A stretch of DNA of 64,000 bases, taken from the NCBI GenBank assembly GCA_031415655.1, contig JANOSD010000170.1:49946-113945 (forward strand), written 5' to 3'. Below the pieces are notes generated by a model. The model was not told the DNA's origin. It saw only the letters and a program-made list of their open reading frames with translations, and did not search any database. Below are positions 1-9,500 of the stretch, piece by piece (the stretch's first letter is position 1; each line of letters opens with the position of its first letter). The position numbers and the translations under genes were made by a program. The DNA is from Actinomycetes bacterium. GTDB lineage: Bacteria; Actinomycetota; Acidimicrobiia; Acidimicrobiales; Acidimicrobilacustridaceae.

Positions 1-1487
1 TGGCCCAGGTGAAGATCGGCGATGTTCACGCCTTCATCGCCCAGGATCGAACCCACCGTGCCGATCACGCCGGGCACGTCTTCGTTGCGCACTACGAGCA
101 TGTGGTTCGACGGGGGAACATCCACCTTGTGGTCGTCGACCATCACGATCCGGGCCTCACCATTGAGCCCCACGAGGGTGGCGGCCAACGCGTGTTCCGG
201 GCCGCGCACCGTGATCAAGTTCACGAATCGGTGTGACGTGGTGGTCGCGGTCTCGGTGACCTCGACCCCTTGTTCGGCAGCGAGTTGTTGGGCATTCACG
301 AACGAGACGGGATCCTCGGAGATGTGCCCCATGAATCCTTTGAGGAAGCTGAGCGTGAGGATGCGAGTGTCGTACCCGGCGATCTGGCCCTCGTAGCTCA
401 CCTGCACGGTTCCGCCCACGCCGCCACCACCACCAACACCATCGCCGCCGCCCACGGCCGACCCGCCAGCGAGCGAGGCGTACATCGAACCAAGGCGCTC
501 GGCGAGGAAAAGGAACGGTCGCACCGTCTCGGCCGCTTCCGCCGCGGACACGTTCACCGCGAACGGAACGAACTCGCCGGCGAGCGCCAGTTCCACCATC
601 TCGGCGATGGTGTCGCCGGCTTTGTCCTGGGCTTCCACGGTGGACGCACCGAGGTGGGGGGTGACCACCACCTGATCGAGTTCGAACAACGGCGACTCGG
701 TGGTGGGCTCCTTTTCGAACACATCGAGGGCGGCGCCGGCCACGTGGCCGTTGCGGATCGCCTCGGCGAGATCGGCCTCATTGACGATGCCCCCGCGAGC
801 CACGTTGATGATCCGGATACCGGGTTTGGCGGCGGCGAGCCGTTCGGCATTCAGAAGGTTCACCGTTTCGGGGGTCTTGGCCACGTGGATGGTGACGAAG
901 TCCGACACCGCAAGGAGCTGGTCGAGATCGAGCAGCTCTACGCTGATCTGGCGTGCCCGTTCGGGCGACACGAAGGGGTCATACGCCACCAGCTTCATGC
1001 CGAAGGCGAGCGCCCGCTGGGCCACGAGTTTCCCGATGCGGCCAAGGCCGATGATGCCGAGGGTTTTGTCGGCGAGCTCCACACCTTCCCACTTGCTGCG
1101 CTCCCAACGACCGGCCTTGAGGGCGGCGTTGGCCTGCGCCACGTTGCGGGCCTGGGCCAGCAGCAACGCCATGGTCTGCTCGGCGGCTGAGAGGATGTTG
1201 CTCTGCGGCGCGTTCACCACCATCACGCCTCGGTTGGTGGCCGCTTTCACATCGACGTTGTCGAGACCGATGCCCGCCCGTCCTACCACCACGAGGTCGG
1301 TGCCCGCGGTGAGCACCTCCGCCGTGACCTGTGTGGCCGAACGAATGATGAGAGCGTGCGCGCCCACGATCAGCGACGGGAGCGTTTCAGCGGTGAAATC
1401 AAGCTGCAGATCAACCTCGTGGCCGGCTTTACGAAGCCGGTCGAGACCGTTGTCGGCAATCTTCTCGGTGACGAGGATGCGGGCCAT
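1..1487 (-). CDS. serA: D-3-phosphoglycerate dehydrogenase. C-terminal ACT region runs off the window start.
   Basis: Reverse-complement translation from ATG at 1487-1485 gives MARILVTEKIADNGLDRL...GIGLDNVDV...NAPQSN with no stop before position 1. Rossmann and catalytic motifs typical of SerA. Absent from the ORF track because it lacks a stop inside the window. Confidence 0.85.
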   Translation of the reverse strand, partial: MARILVTEKIADNGLDRLRKAGHEVDLQLDFTAETLPSLIVGAHALIIRSATQVTAEVLTAGTDLVVVGRAGIGLDNVDVKAATNRGVMVVNAPQSNILSAAEQTMALLLAQARNVAQANAALKAGRWERSKWEGVELADKTLGIIGLGRIGKLVAQRALAFGMKLVAYDPFVSPERARQISVELLDLDQLLAVSDFVTIHVAKTPETVNLLNAERLAAAKPGIRIINVARGGIVNEADLAEAIRNGHVAGAALDVFEKEPTTESPLFELDQVVVTPHLGASTVEAQDKAGDTIAEMVELALAGEFVPFAVNVSAAEAAETVRPFLFLAERLGSMYASLAGGSAVGGGDGVGGGGGVGGTVQVSYEGQIAGYDTRILTLSFLKGFMGHISEDPVSFVNAQQLAAEQGVEVTETATTTSHRFVNLITVRGPEHALAATLVGLNGEARIVMVDDHKVDVPPSNHMLVVRNEDVPGVIGTVGSILGDEGVNIADLHLG

Positions 1488-1547
1488 ACCGCCCATCCTG
1501 ACCGGCCGCACCCGAGTGCTGCCAGCCCGTGAGTAGGTGTCAGGCCT

Positions 1548-2174
1548 TCAGGACGGGTCGGCGGGACGACGAGTGTCTCGCGTAACCCGTGCCGGCACGC
1601 CTGCCGCCACGCTGTGCGGCGGCACGTCTTTGGTGACTACGGCGTTGGCGCCGATCAAGGAACCACGGCCGATGGTGACCGGCCCGACGAGCTTGGCGCC
1701 GGTGCCGATCTGCACGTTGTCGCCCACCGTGGGGCCGCGAAAGTCGCCTTCCTTCAATCCAATGGTGACCCACGGTCGGACGGTGACCCCTCGCCCCAAG
1801 GAGGTCAACCCGTCGATCACCACTTGACCATGGGGCACATAGAGGCCTGGCCCGATCACCACAGGATCGCCGATACAGATCTGGCTGTGTGTCATCGCCA
1901 GGCGATGACACATCCTCGGAAGCACCGGCACGCCGCGCCGCTGCATGGCGGCCTTGGCCCGGTAGAACACTTGGCCCAGGAAGGCGTCGCTCACCCACGC
2001 CAGGCGAAATGCCTGGCCGATCCTGTCGCGATCGGATCGGTACTCGTGGCGCTCACCGCGAAACGCCGCCGACACTCGGGCGTCTTCCAACACCGCCTCC
2101 TTGAACAACGGGTGTTGGGCTCGCAGCTCCGGGAACGGCAGCCCTTTGCGATAGCGCTCAAGTGGACCAGGCAC
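1548..2174 (-). CDS. cysE: Serine O-acetyltransferase (hexapeptide-repeat acyltransferase)
   Basis: 208 aa. Left-handed beta-helix hexapeptide repeats (VGDNVQIGTGAKLVGPVTIGRGSLIGANAVV) and CysE-like C-terminus. Adjacent to serA. Confidence 0.75.
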   Translation of the reverse strand: MPGPLERYRKGLPFPELRAQHPLFKEAVLEDARVSAAFRGERHEYRSDRDRIGQAFRLAWVSDAFLGQVFYRAKAAMQRRGVPVLPRMCHRLAMTHSQICIGDPVVIGPGLYVPHGQVVIDGLTSLGRGVTVRPWVTIGLKEGDFRGPTVGDNVQIGTGAKLVGPVTIGRGSLIGANAVVTKDVPPHSVAAGVPARVTRDTRRPADPS

Positions 2175-2188
2175 GGTGAGCCGAACGA

Positions 2189-3209
2189 TCAGAGGAGGCC
2201 GGCAGCGGCGGCGAGCTCAGACAGAGGCTGGTCGGGGCGAGCGCCGAGGTGGGCAATCACCTCGGCGGCGGCGAGACCACCGAGACGGGCGCACGTCTCA
2301 AGATCGCGGCCCGTGGTGAACCCGTAAAGGAAGCCGGCGGCGAAGAGGTCGCCGGCGCCGGTGGTGTCGATGACCTTGTCGACCGGGCTCGCTCGCACGT
2401 CGTGACGGATGCCGTCGGCGGTGATGATCGTGGAACCCTTTTCACTTCGCGTCAGGCAGGCCAACTCGCAGTGGCCGGCCACCGCAGCAGCGGCCTTGTC
2501 GAAGTCGTCGGTCTCGTAGAGCGAGCAGATCTCGCTCTCGTTGGCGAAGAGGATGTCGACATGGTGTTCGGCCAGCTCGAGGAACTCGGCACGATGCCGA
2601 TCCACGCAGAACGAGTCGCTGAGCGTGAACGCCACCTTCTTGCCCGCCGCATGGGCCGCCTCCATTGCCCCCCGCATGGCCGCCTTGGCGTCATCGGCAT
2701 CCCACAGGTAACCCTCGCAATAGAGCACCTCCGCCGCCCGCACGAGGTCGAGGTTGACGTCGGCTGGCCCGATGAGGCTGGAGATCCCGAGGAAGGTGTT
2801 GAGGGTGCGCTCGGCGTCGGGGGTGACGAGGATCAAACAACGCGCCGTGGGCAACGTGTCGGCTCCGGCGGAGGGCGCGTCGTACTCCACGCCGATGGCC
2901 CGGATGTCGTGGCTGAACACCTCGCCCAACTGATCGTCGGCCACTTTCCCGATGAATGCCACGGAGCCGCCGAACGACGCGATGCCCGCCGCCGTGTTCG
3001 ACGCCGACCCGCCGCTTGATTCCAAGCCGGTGCCCATGTCGGCGTAGAGCGAAGTGGCGGTGGGGGCATCGATGAGTTGCATGGAGCCCTTGGTCATGCC
3101 GTGGTCGGCGAGAAAGGCATCGTCGGCATGGGCGATCACATCGACGATGGCATTGCCGATACAGACGACCTTGGCGGAAGGGGTCGTGGAAGAGGACGGG
3201 GCGTCAGTC
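2189..3209 (-). CDS. pfkB-family carbohydrate/nucleoside kinase (adenosine kinase-like)
   Basis: KVVCIGNAIVDV N-terminal motif and C-terminal DTTGAGDLFAAGFLYG anion-hole motif of the ribokinase/pfkB family. Start placed at internal MTDAPSS (3209). The ORF-track start at 3319 adds a low-complexity SEG-repeat extension. Confidence 0.7.
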
Positions 3210-4502
3210 ATGGGCCGAGACCCTATCGTCTTGCCTGTGGCGCCCTCCGACCCCTCCGACCCCTCCGACCCGTCGAACCCGTCGAACGACTCGAACGACC
3301 CGTCGAACGACTCGGCCACCGACCTCCTGTGCTACGTCGTGGCGCCCGGCACCGTCGACGTGGCCTTCGACGATGGTGCGAGCCTGGTTCGACTCGACGC
3401 CGGAAGGGCGCTCGCCGTCAACCGGAGCGCCTACGTGGTGTGGTTGGCCTGCGGAGACGACGACCGTGGCAGCACCCTCGGCGAGGTAGTGGCACTCGTG
3501 GCTGACGCCTTCGCCACGGATGTATCGGCGATCGAGGCGGAGGTTGCGGTCATCATCGATCGGTTGGTGGAACTCGACCTGATTCGGGTCGTGGGCGCGC
3601 CTCCCCCGGCGGGCCATACCGGGTGTGCGCCTGACGATCCTCGTGGGCGCACCCCCGAACCGATACCGAATAAACCCGATCGGTGGTGGTTGCCGATCGA
3701 GTTGAGCCCCTGCCAGAAGAACGTCGATGAACTTCCCTGGGCGGAGACGGTGTCGGTCGGTGTGGGTCGTTTCGTGGTTGGGGTGCGATGCGACTGCTCC
3801 CCGACCGCGGTGATCCTGCGTCGATTGCTGGGTGACCATGCGGTGGACGTACCCAACACGCCGGCAAACTTCTCGCTGGTGCTGGCAGCGGATGCGGGGG
3901 ATCATGGTTTCCCCCGACAGGGTCTTTACGAGGGGCGTACCTGGCTTACGTCCGACGCACGCCCCGCCCACATTCTGGGCACGTTGCTGGCACGATTGGC
4001 GGGCCTCTTGCCCACACCCGTCGGCTCGCTTCGTTTGAGCGCGATCGGGGTGGGATCGCCGCCTCCGGCCAGTTCACCGACCCCGAGCGGGTCCATGGTC
4101 GTCCTCCCTCAGTATCGGGGAGCGAGCTTCGGCGCCGCCACGGCGTGGACCGGTGCCGGCGCCGAACTCCGACCGGCGCCGTGCCTCATCACGGTGGAAG
4201 AACATCGAGTGCTCACCGTCCACGGCACCCAGAACGCCATCGAGGTCGACCCCGCAGTGGCCGCACGGCTCGGGCTCATCTCCCCGACAAGCCGTCCGCT
4301 CCACGCCATCGTGTGGCCTGGCCCGACCGTGCCGAGCACCCTGGCGGAATGCCACGCCGGGTTGGCGCCGTTTGTGCACGCTGCCCCCGACGACGACCGG
4401 GAGGCGCTGCTCCACACCCTCGCCGTGATGGTGCGGTCGGCGGCGATCCACGGGTACCCAACCGACGATCCTGTCAACGCACTCCCCCAACTCTTTCGTT
4501 GA
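3210..4502 (+). CDS. Hypothetical protein with N-terminal PqqD-like (RRE, RiPP-recognition-element-like) domain fused to ~300-aa domain of unknown function
   Basis: Residues ~40-130 (LLCYVVAPGTVDVAFDDGASLVRLDAGRALAVNRSAYVVWLACGDDDRGSTLGEVVALVADAFATDVSAIEAEVAVIIDRLVELDLIRVV) match the PqqD-family pattern. The C-terminal part has no motif I recognise. Start taken at MGRDP (3210) to avoid overlap with the pfkB gene. An N-terminal DPS/NPS repeat is encoded by 9-bp tandem repeats. Confidence 0.45.
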   Translation: MGRDPIVLPVAPSDPSDPSDPSNPSNDSNDPSNDSATDLLCYVVAPGTVDVAFDDGASLVRLDAGRALAVNRSAYVVWLACGDDDRGSTLGEVVALVADAFATDVSAIEAEVAVIIDRLVELDLIRVVGAPPPAGHTGCAPDDPRGRTPEPIPNKPDRWWLPIELSPCQKNVDELPWAETVSVGVGRFVVGVRCDCSPTAVILRRLLGDHAVDVPNTPANFSLVLAADAGDHGFPRQGLYEGRTWLTSDARPAHILGTLLARLAGLLPTPVGSLRLSAIGVGSPPPASSPTPSGSMVVLPQYRGASFGAATAWTGAGAELRPAPCLITVEEHRVLTVHGTQNAIEVDPAVAARLGLISPTSRPLHAIVWPGPTVPSTLAECHAGLAPFVHAAPDDDREALLHTLAVMVRSAAIHGYPTDDPVNALPQLFR

Positions 4503-4719
4503 GCGAAGACCGACGGGAAGCCGCCAAATGGCGAGCCCCCTATCGGCGCCGCCTCCTAGTGGTTGTCGGGATGTCCGTCCAGACACGGGGCGGCCTGGCG
4601 CCATTAGGCAAGGACGAAGCTCCGAAGGCCCCCTTGCTGCTGGGCGGCGAGGACGAGGACGCCGCGTGGCGGGATGTCCATGGCGGATCCGGGGCGGACA
4701 TGACTTCCCGGATACCCAC

Positions 4720-6477
4720 TTATACGGGCTTCAAGAAAAGAAAGAGCACGATGGCCAAAACCAACAGGATGGCGAGTGCCGCCACGATCACCATGACCAT
4801 CTTGGAACGGCCTTTGACCGGCGCGTCCGGCACGCCGGCGAGCCGCTGATACTCCGGTACTGGCGGGGGGATCGGCACCGACATCGGTGGGCCGGAGGGC
4901 ATCGGTGGCGCCGGTAGCGGGGCGACGGGTGGGGCCGGTGGTGGTGGCGGTGGCGGTGGCGGTGGCGGTGGGGCCGGTGGCGCGGCGACCGCGAGTGGCG
5001 CTCCGGGTGGATCGGCGGGCACCGGTGGTGCTGGCGAGGGAGGAAGGAAATCGACACGAACGGTGCCATCACCTTCGGAGATAAGCCCCGCCTCCATCAT
5101 GCGAATCAACTCTTCGGCACGAGATCCGGGGGCCTGGCCCGCGGGGGCGGGGGCGACGGCGGGCGGTGCGGGCGCCGGGCCCGCGGGCGGCGGGGGGATG
5201 CCCGCAGGCAGCGGAGCCAGAACCGGGCTCGGAGAAAGCCCCACCGCCGGGCTCACCACCGGTGCCGGACCGGCCGGAGGCGGCGGGATATCGGGCCGGG
5301 CCACCGGGACCGGAGGAGGGGGTGGTGCCGGCGCGGGTGCCGGAGCGACGGACGGAGATGCGACCGCCGCGCCACTAGGCGCCACCTCGCTGATGCCAGT
5401 ACCCATGCGAGGATGAAGTGATGTGGCTCGCACCACCTGGGCAGCGTTCGGGGTGACTCTCGTATTCGAACTGGTGGCGCGTTCGGTGATGGCGACGATC
5501 GCCGCCGCGCCGTGCACATCCACGCCGCTCCCGCGCAGCCATCCTGTACCGAGCGCCATCGTGGTGGCCGACGCCAACGTGAGGCCGAAGTCGTGAGCGG
5601 AGACGTAGCGATCGGCGGGCTCGCGGGCGATGGCCCGCATCACCGCTTCGGCGATCGGGGGCGGGATATCGGACCGCACCGAATCAATCGGGACCGGTGG
5701 GTTGCGAAGTTTGGCGGTGAGCTGCTGGAGCGGCTCTTCAGAATCGGGGAACGGAAGCTGGCCGGTGAGCAGTTCGTAGAGCATCACGCCACAGGCATAG
5801 ATATCGACGCCAGGACCGAGATCCGTGCCGAGGGCCTGCTCCGGTGCCATGTACGCCGGGGTGCCAACCACTTGCCCGGCCACCGTGAGCGAGGTGGATG
5901 CCTGATCGAGCACTTTGGCGATTCCGAAGTCGCTCAGCTTCAACGCCCCAGATTGCGCGAACAGAAAGTTTTCGGGCTTGACGTCGCGATGGATGACACC
6001 GTGGCTGTGGGCATGCTCAAGCGCCGACGAGGCAACCAGCAGGATTGCGCACGCCTGCGGCAACTGGATGCCCTCACCCACAAATCGATCCCAGAGCGTG
6101 CCGGACTGCATGCGCTCCATCACGATCAGGCAGAGCCCATCGTGGTCGACGAAATCGTAGAGGGGAACGATGTGGGGGTGGTCGAGTTTGGCGACTGTGC
6201 GGGCTTCTTCCAGGAAACGTTGCCGCACCGACGGATCGGCAGCGAACGCACGCGGAAGTTGCTTGACCGCGACTTGGCGGCCGAGTTGACGGTGCGTGGC
6301 TGCGAGCACCACACCCCAACCACCACGACCGAGTTCTTCGCCGATGTCGTAGCCAGGGAGGGCAGCCGCTACCAGGTTGCGATCGAAGATCACGATGAGA
6401 GTGTAGAGCCAAGCGCGGCAACGGTCGACGACATGCCCGTCTCGCCGCCACCGAGCACCGGTCTGTCCGGCCTGCAT
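4720..6477 (-). CDS. Hanks-type Ser/Thr protein kinase, with Pro-rich linker and C-terminal transmembrane anchor
   Basis: GRGGWGVV glycine loop, VAVK, HRDVKPEN catalytic loop, DFG, TPAYMAPE activation segment. Long PPPP linker with a poly-Pro run. Terminal hydrophobic segment MVMVIVAALAILLVLAIVLFLFL. The true start may be an internal GTG (~6390). Confidence 0.85.
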   Translation of the reverse strand: MQAGQTGARWRRDGHVVDRCRAWLYTLIVIFDRNLVAAALPGYDIGEELGRGGWGVVLAATHRQLGRQVAVKQLPRAFAADPSVRQRFLEEARTVAKLDHPHIVPLYDFVDHDGLCLIVMERMQSGTLWDRFVGEGIQLPQACAILLVASSALEHAHSHGVIHRDVKPENFLFAQSGALKLSDFGIAKVLDQASTSLTVAGQVVGTPAYMAPEQALGTDLGPGVDIYACGVMLYELLTGQLPFPDSEEPLQQLTAKLRNPPVPIDSVRSDIPPPIAEAVMRAIAREPADRYVSAHDFGLTLASATTMALGTGWLRGSGVDVHGAAAIVAITERATSSNTRVTPNAAQVVRATSLHPRMGTGISEVAPSGAAVASPSVAPAPAPAPPPPPVPVARPDIPPPPAGPAPVVSPAVGLSPSPVLAPLPAGIPPPPAGPAPAPPAVAPAPAGQAPGSRAEELIRMMEAGLISEGDGTVRVDFLPPSPAPPVPADPPGAPLAVAAPPAPPPPPPPPPPPPAPPVAPLPAPPMPSGPPMSVPIPPPVPEYQRLAGVPDAPVKGRSKMVMVIVAALAILLVLAIVLFLFLKPV

Positions 6478-6527
6478 TCTCGAACACCGCGCCGCGGCGG
6501 GAACGAGCGATCTATGCTCCCCGGTTC

Positions 6528-9500
6528 GTGGCCTACAACCTCCGCATCGAGGAACCGGGTGACGAGCCGCGGATCGTCACCATCGACACTGTCGCCGAGA
6601 TCGGCCGACACGGCGACGGTGTCCGGCTCGTTGACCCCACCGTCTCCCGCCGACACGTTCGGCTCGAGGTACGCGCCGACGGGGTCGCCGTCTCCGACCT
6701 CGACAGCACCTACGGCACCTACGTGCGCGGCCATAAGGTCACCACGCCCGTCTTGCTCCAAGACGGCGAGCGGTTGATCGCCGGCGAAACCACTATTACC
6801 CTTCTCGGACCCGCCGGAGCAGACCGCCCCAGCTTTGGTGCCCCCGCCGATACCGGAGCGCCGGCGTTCCCGACGGCGTCCCCGAGCGACGCTCCGACCC
6901 CCAGCGCGCTCCACGCCACCGGTCAGTTCGCCGCACCAACGGCCACCCCCGCACCACCGGTGACCGCTCCGCCCCCACTCGGCGCCACGCCCCCACCGCC
7001 CGGTTCGACGCCCTCCATCGATCCCACGATGCTGGCATCGATCCCCTACGACTCCCCCGTCGCCCCTTCGGTTCCCTCCCAACCTTCGCCCACGGCGCCG
7101 CCCCCGGGAATGCCGCAATCGCCGACAACTCTCGGCCGCCCCACCTCCGACGGCCTGGCATCGATCGACGCCGACGGTGCCGCCATTGTGAAGTACCGAC
7201 CCGGAAGTGCCGGAGAAAAGGCGGCCAAGGCGGTCGCCGTTCGCGTCAAGAAAGCCCGTCGCCGGCTCGAAGGTTTCGGCTCCGAGGGTTGGGGCACGAT
7301 TCCCACGATTTGCCTCGTCGACCCGTTCGCTGATCCCTCCACGGGTGAACTCGTGCTCGACGGCACCATCGTTGATGCCGAACGCAACGAGATCTGGATG
7401 GTGGTCACCCCCGAATCGCCTCCCGAGCCACCCGAACGGGCACTCACCCTGCTTTTCGGTGCCGCTCTGCCCGCTGCGGGCGAACTCGATGTGCTGCTTG
7501 AGGGCTACGGGCTTTGGCTCGCCAAGACACCGCGCCCCGACGAACAACTCTCGGGGGTGGCCATCGTTCCGCCCACGATGGCCGAGGGGGAACTCCGGTC
7601 GATCCTGTCGCTTTCCCTCGTGTATTTCCTCCTCGATCGCGAGAAAGAAGACGTGCTCCGGCGCACGCTCAGCAGCGCCCAGCCGGGCCGGCTCGACCAC
7701 GCCTTCCAGGAGCACTACGGCCTTCCGATTGCGTCGCTCATGCAGGCGTGGATGGAGAAAGTCGGCGGCGACGGCCCCACCGTAAAGACCGGCCAATTCA
7801 TGAAACTGGCCTGGCGGTATCTTCGGCCCTACAAGAAGAAGCAGGCCGAAGTCTTCTTCTACATGCTCTTCTCGTTGGCCTTTGCCACCGTGTTCCCGTT
7901 CGTCACCAAGGCGCTGTTCGACACCGTCCTTCCGGAAGCAATCGCCAACCAGCAAGTCGGCGGGATCGCCTCGCTGCTCGGCGGCCTCGGCATCGCGTTC
8001 CTCGTGTCGCTCTTGGCCGGCCTCCGACAGGCCTACCAGTCGGCTTGGATCAGCGGTGCGGTGGTGCGTGATCTCCGCTCGCAGATGTTCGGGAAGCTCC
8101 AGTCGTTAGGCACCGGTTGGTATAAACGCCATCAGCAAGGCGACGTGCTCACCCGGCTTTTCAACGACGTGATGGTGCTCGAGCAGGGCCTCACCACCAC
8201 CCTTCGCGAAGGCATCTTCCAGTCACTCTCGTTGGTGGTGTCATCGATTGTGATGCTCACCCTGAACCCATTGCTGGGCATCATCGTGCTGATCGGTGCA
8301 CCGCTCGTGGCCGTCGTCTACAAGACCATGGCCACCGGTGCGCAGAGCCGTGGGCTCGCCGTTCAGCAGGACACCGGCGCCCTGATGAACATCGCCGCCG
8401 AAAACTACGACGCCGAACCGGTGGTCAAACTTTTCTCGCTGCAGAATCGAGAGGTCGGTCGATTCCAACAGTTGTCGGAACGGCTGTTTCGGTCCGAGCG
8501 ACGACTCAACCTCTACGGCGGTTTATTCGGGCTGTCGGTCAACACCATCGTCACCCTTCTCCGTTTGGTGATCCTCGGCCTCGGGGCCTACCTCATCGTG
8601 CAGGGATCGTTCACCGTGGGTGGCTTGATCGCTTTCCTGGGGGTGATGGGCGAGGTGCTCGCTCCAGTGACCACCCTCACCAGCGTGGGGCAACAAGTGC
8701 AGCAGTCAAGCGGTGCGCTCTATCGCATCGAAGAGATCCTCAACGAACAACCCGAGTTGGTGGAGCCACCGGATGCCCAGACGCTCCCGCGCCTTGCGCA
8801 AGAGATCCGTATCCAAGGGGTCGACTTCTCCTACAACGCCGAACGCCAGATCCTCACCGGCGTCGATGCCGTGATCCCGGCCGGGCAACGGGTGGCGTTC
8901 GTGGGGGCATCCGGGTCCGGTAAGAGCACGATCTTTCAACTGCTCATGCGTCTCTACGACCCCGACGAAGGTGCGGTCCTCTACGACGGCGTCGACGCGC
9001 GTGCGGTCACCGTCGACTCGCTTCGGGGACAGCTCGGGGTGGTCTTCCAGGACAACTTCCTCTTCGACACCACCCTGCGAGAGAACATCGCCATGGGCAA
9101 ACCGGGTTGCACCGACGAAGAGGTGGTCGCCGCCGCCCAAGCCGCTGAAGTACACACCTTTATCGACCAACTGCCGCGTGGCTACGACACCACCGTGGGT
9201 GAGCGAGGCGGCATGCTGTCAGGGGGTCAGCGGCAGCGAGTGGCCATCGCCCGGGCGCTCGTGCGTAACCCACAGATCTTGCTGCTCGACGAAGCCACCT
9301 CGGCCCTCGACCCCAAGACGGAGCGGGCCATCATCGGCACGCTCAACCGGGTGGGGCAGGGTCGAACAACGGTGGCGATTACCCACCGCCTCACCTCAAT
9401 CAGCGGCTACGACACGATCTTCGTCGTGCATGAAGGCCGGATTGCGGAGCAGGGCGACCATCACCAACTCATCGCCGCCGGCGGGCTCTACGCTCGTTTG

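Noticed and set aside
270-1536. Long + strand ORFs (270-1190, 700-1536) across the first 1.5 kb
   Set aside because: They are antisense to a complete, motif-rich serA reading frame on the minus strand. Their translations are low-complexity Arg/Gly/His-rich sequences typical of spurious antisense ORFs in high-GC DNA.
3207-3212. Overlapping divergent start codons (CATG) at 3207-3212 and again at 48923-48926
   Set aside because: Probably a coincidence of ORF-caller start choice (CATG is frequent). True starts may be GTG/ATG elsewhere, so not reported as a regulatory feature.
6650-7200. Possible C39 peptidase domain in the FHA-ABC protein
   Set aside because: The region occupies the right position, but the Cys/His/Asp catalytic signature of C39 is not recognisable. 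Left as 'uncharacterised domain'.
5512-7955. ORFs 5512-6777 (+) and 6390-7955 (-) of 420-520 aa
   Set aside because: Antisense/out-of-frame to the kinase and FHA-ABC genes, which both carry unambiguous catalytic motifs. No recognisable domains. Biased RG-rich composition.
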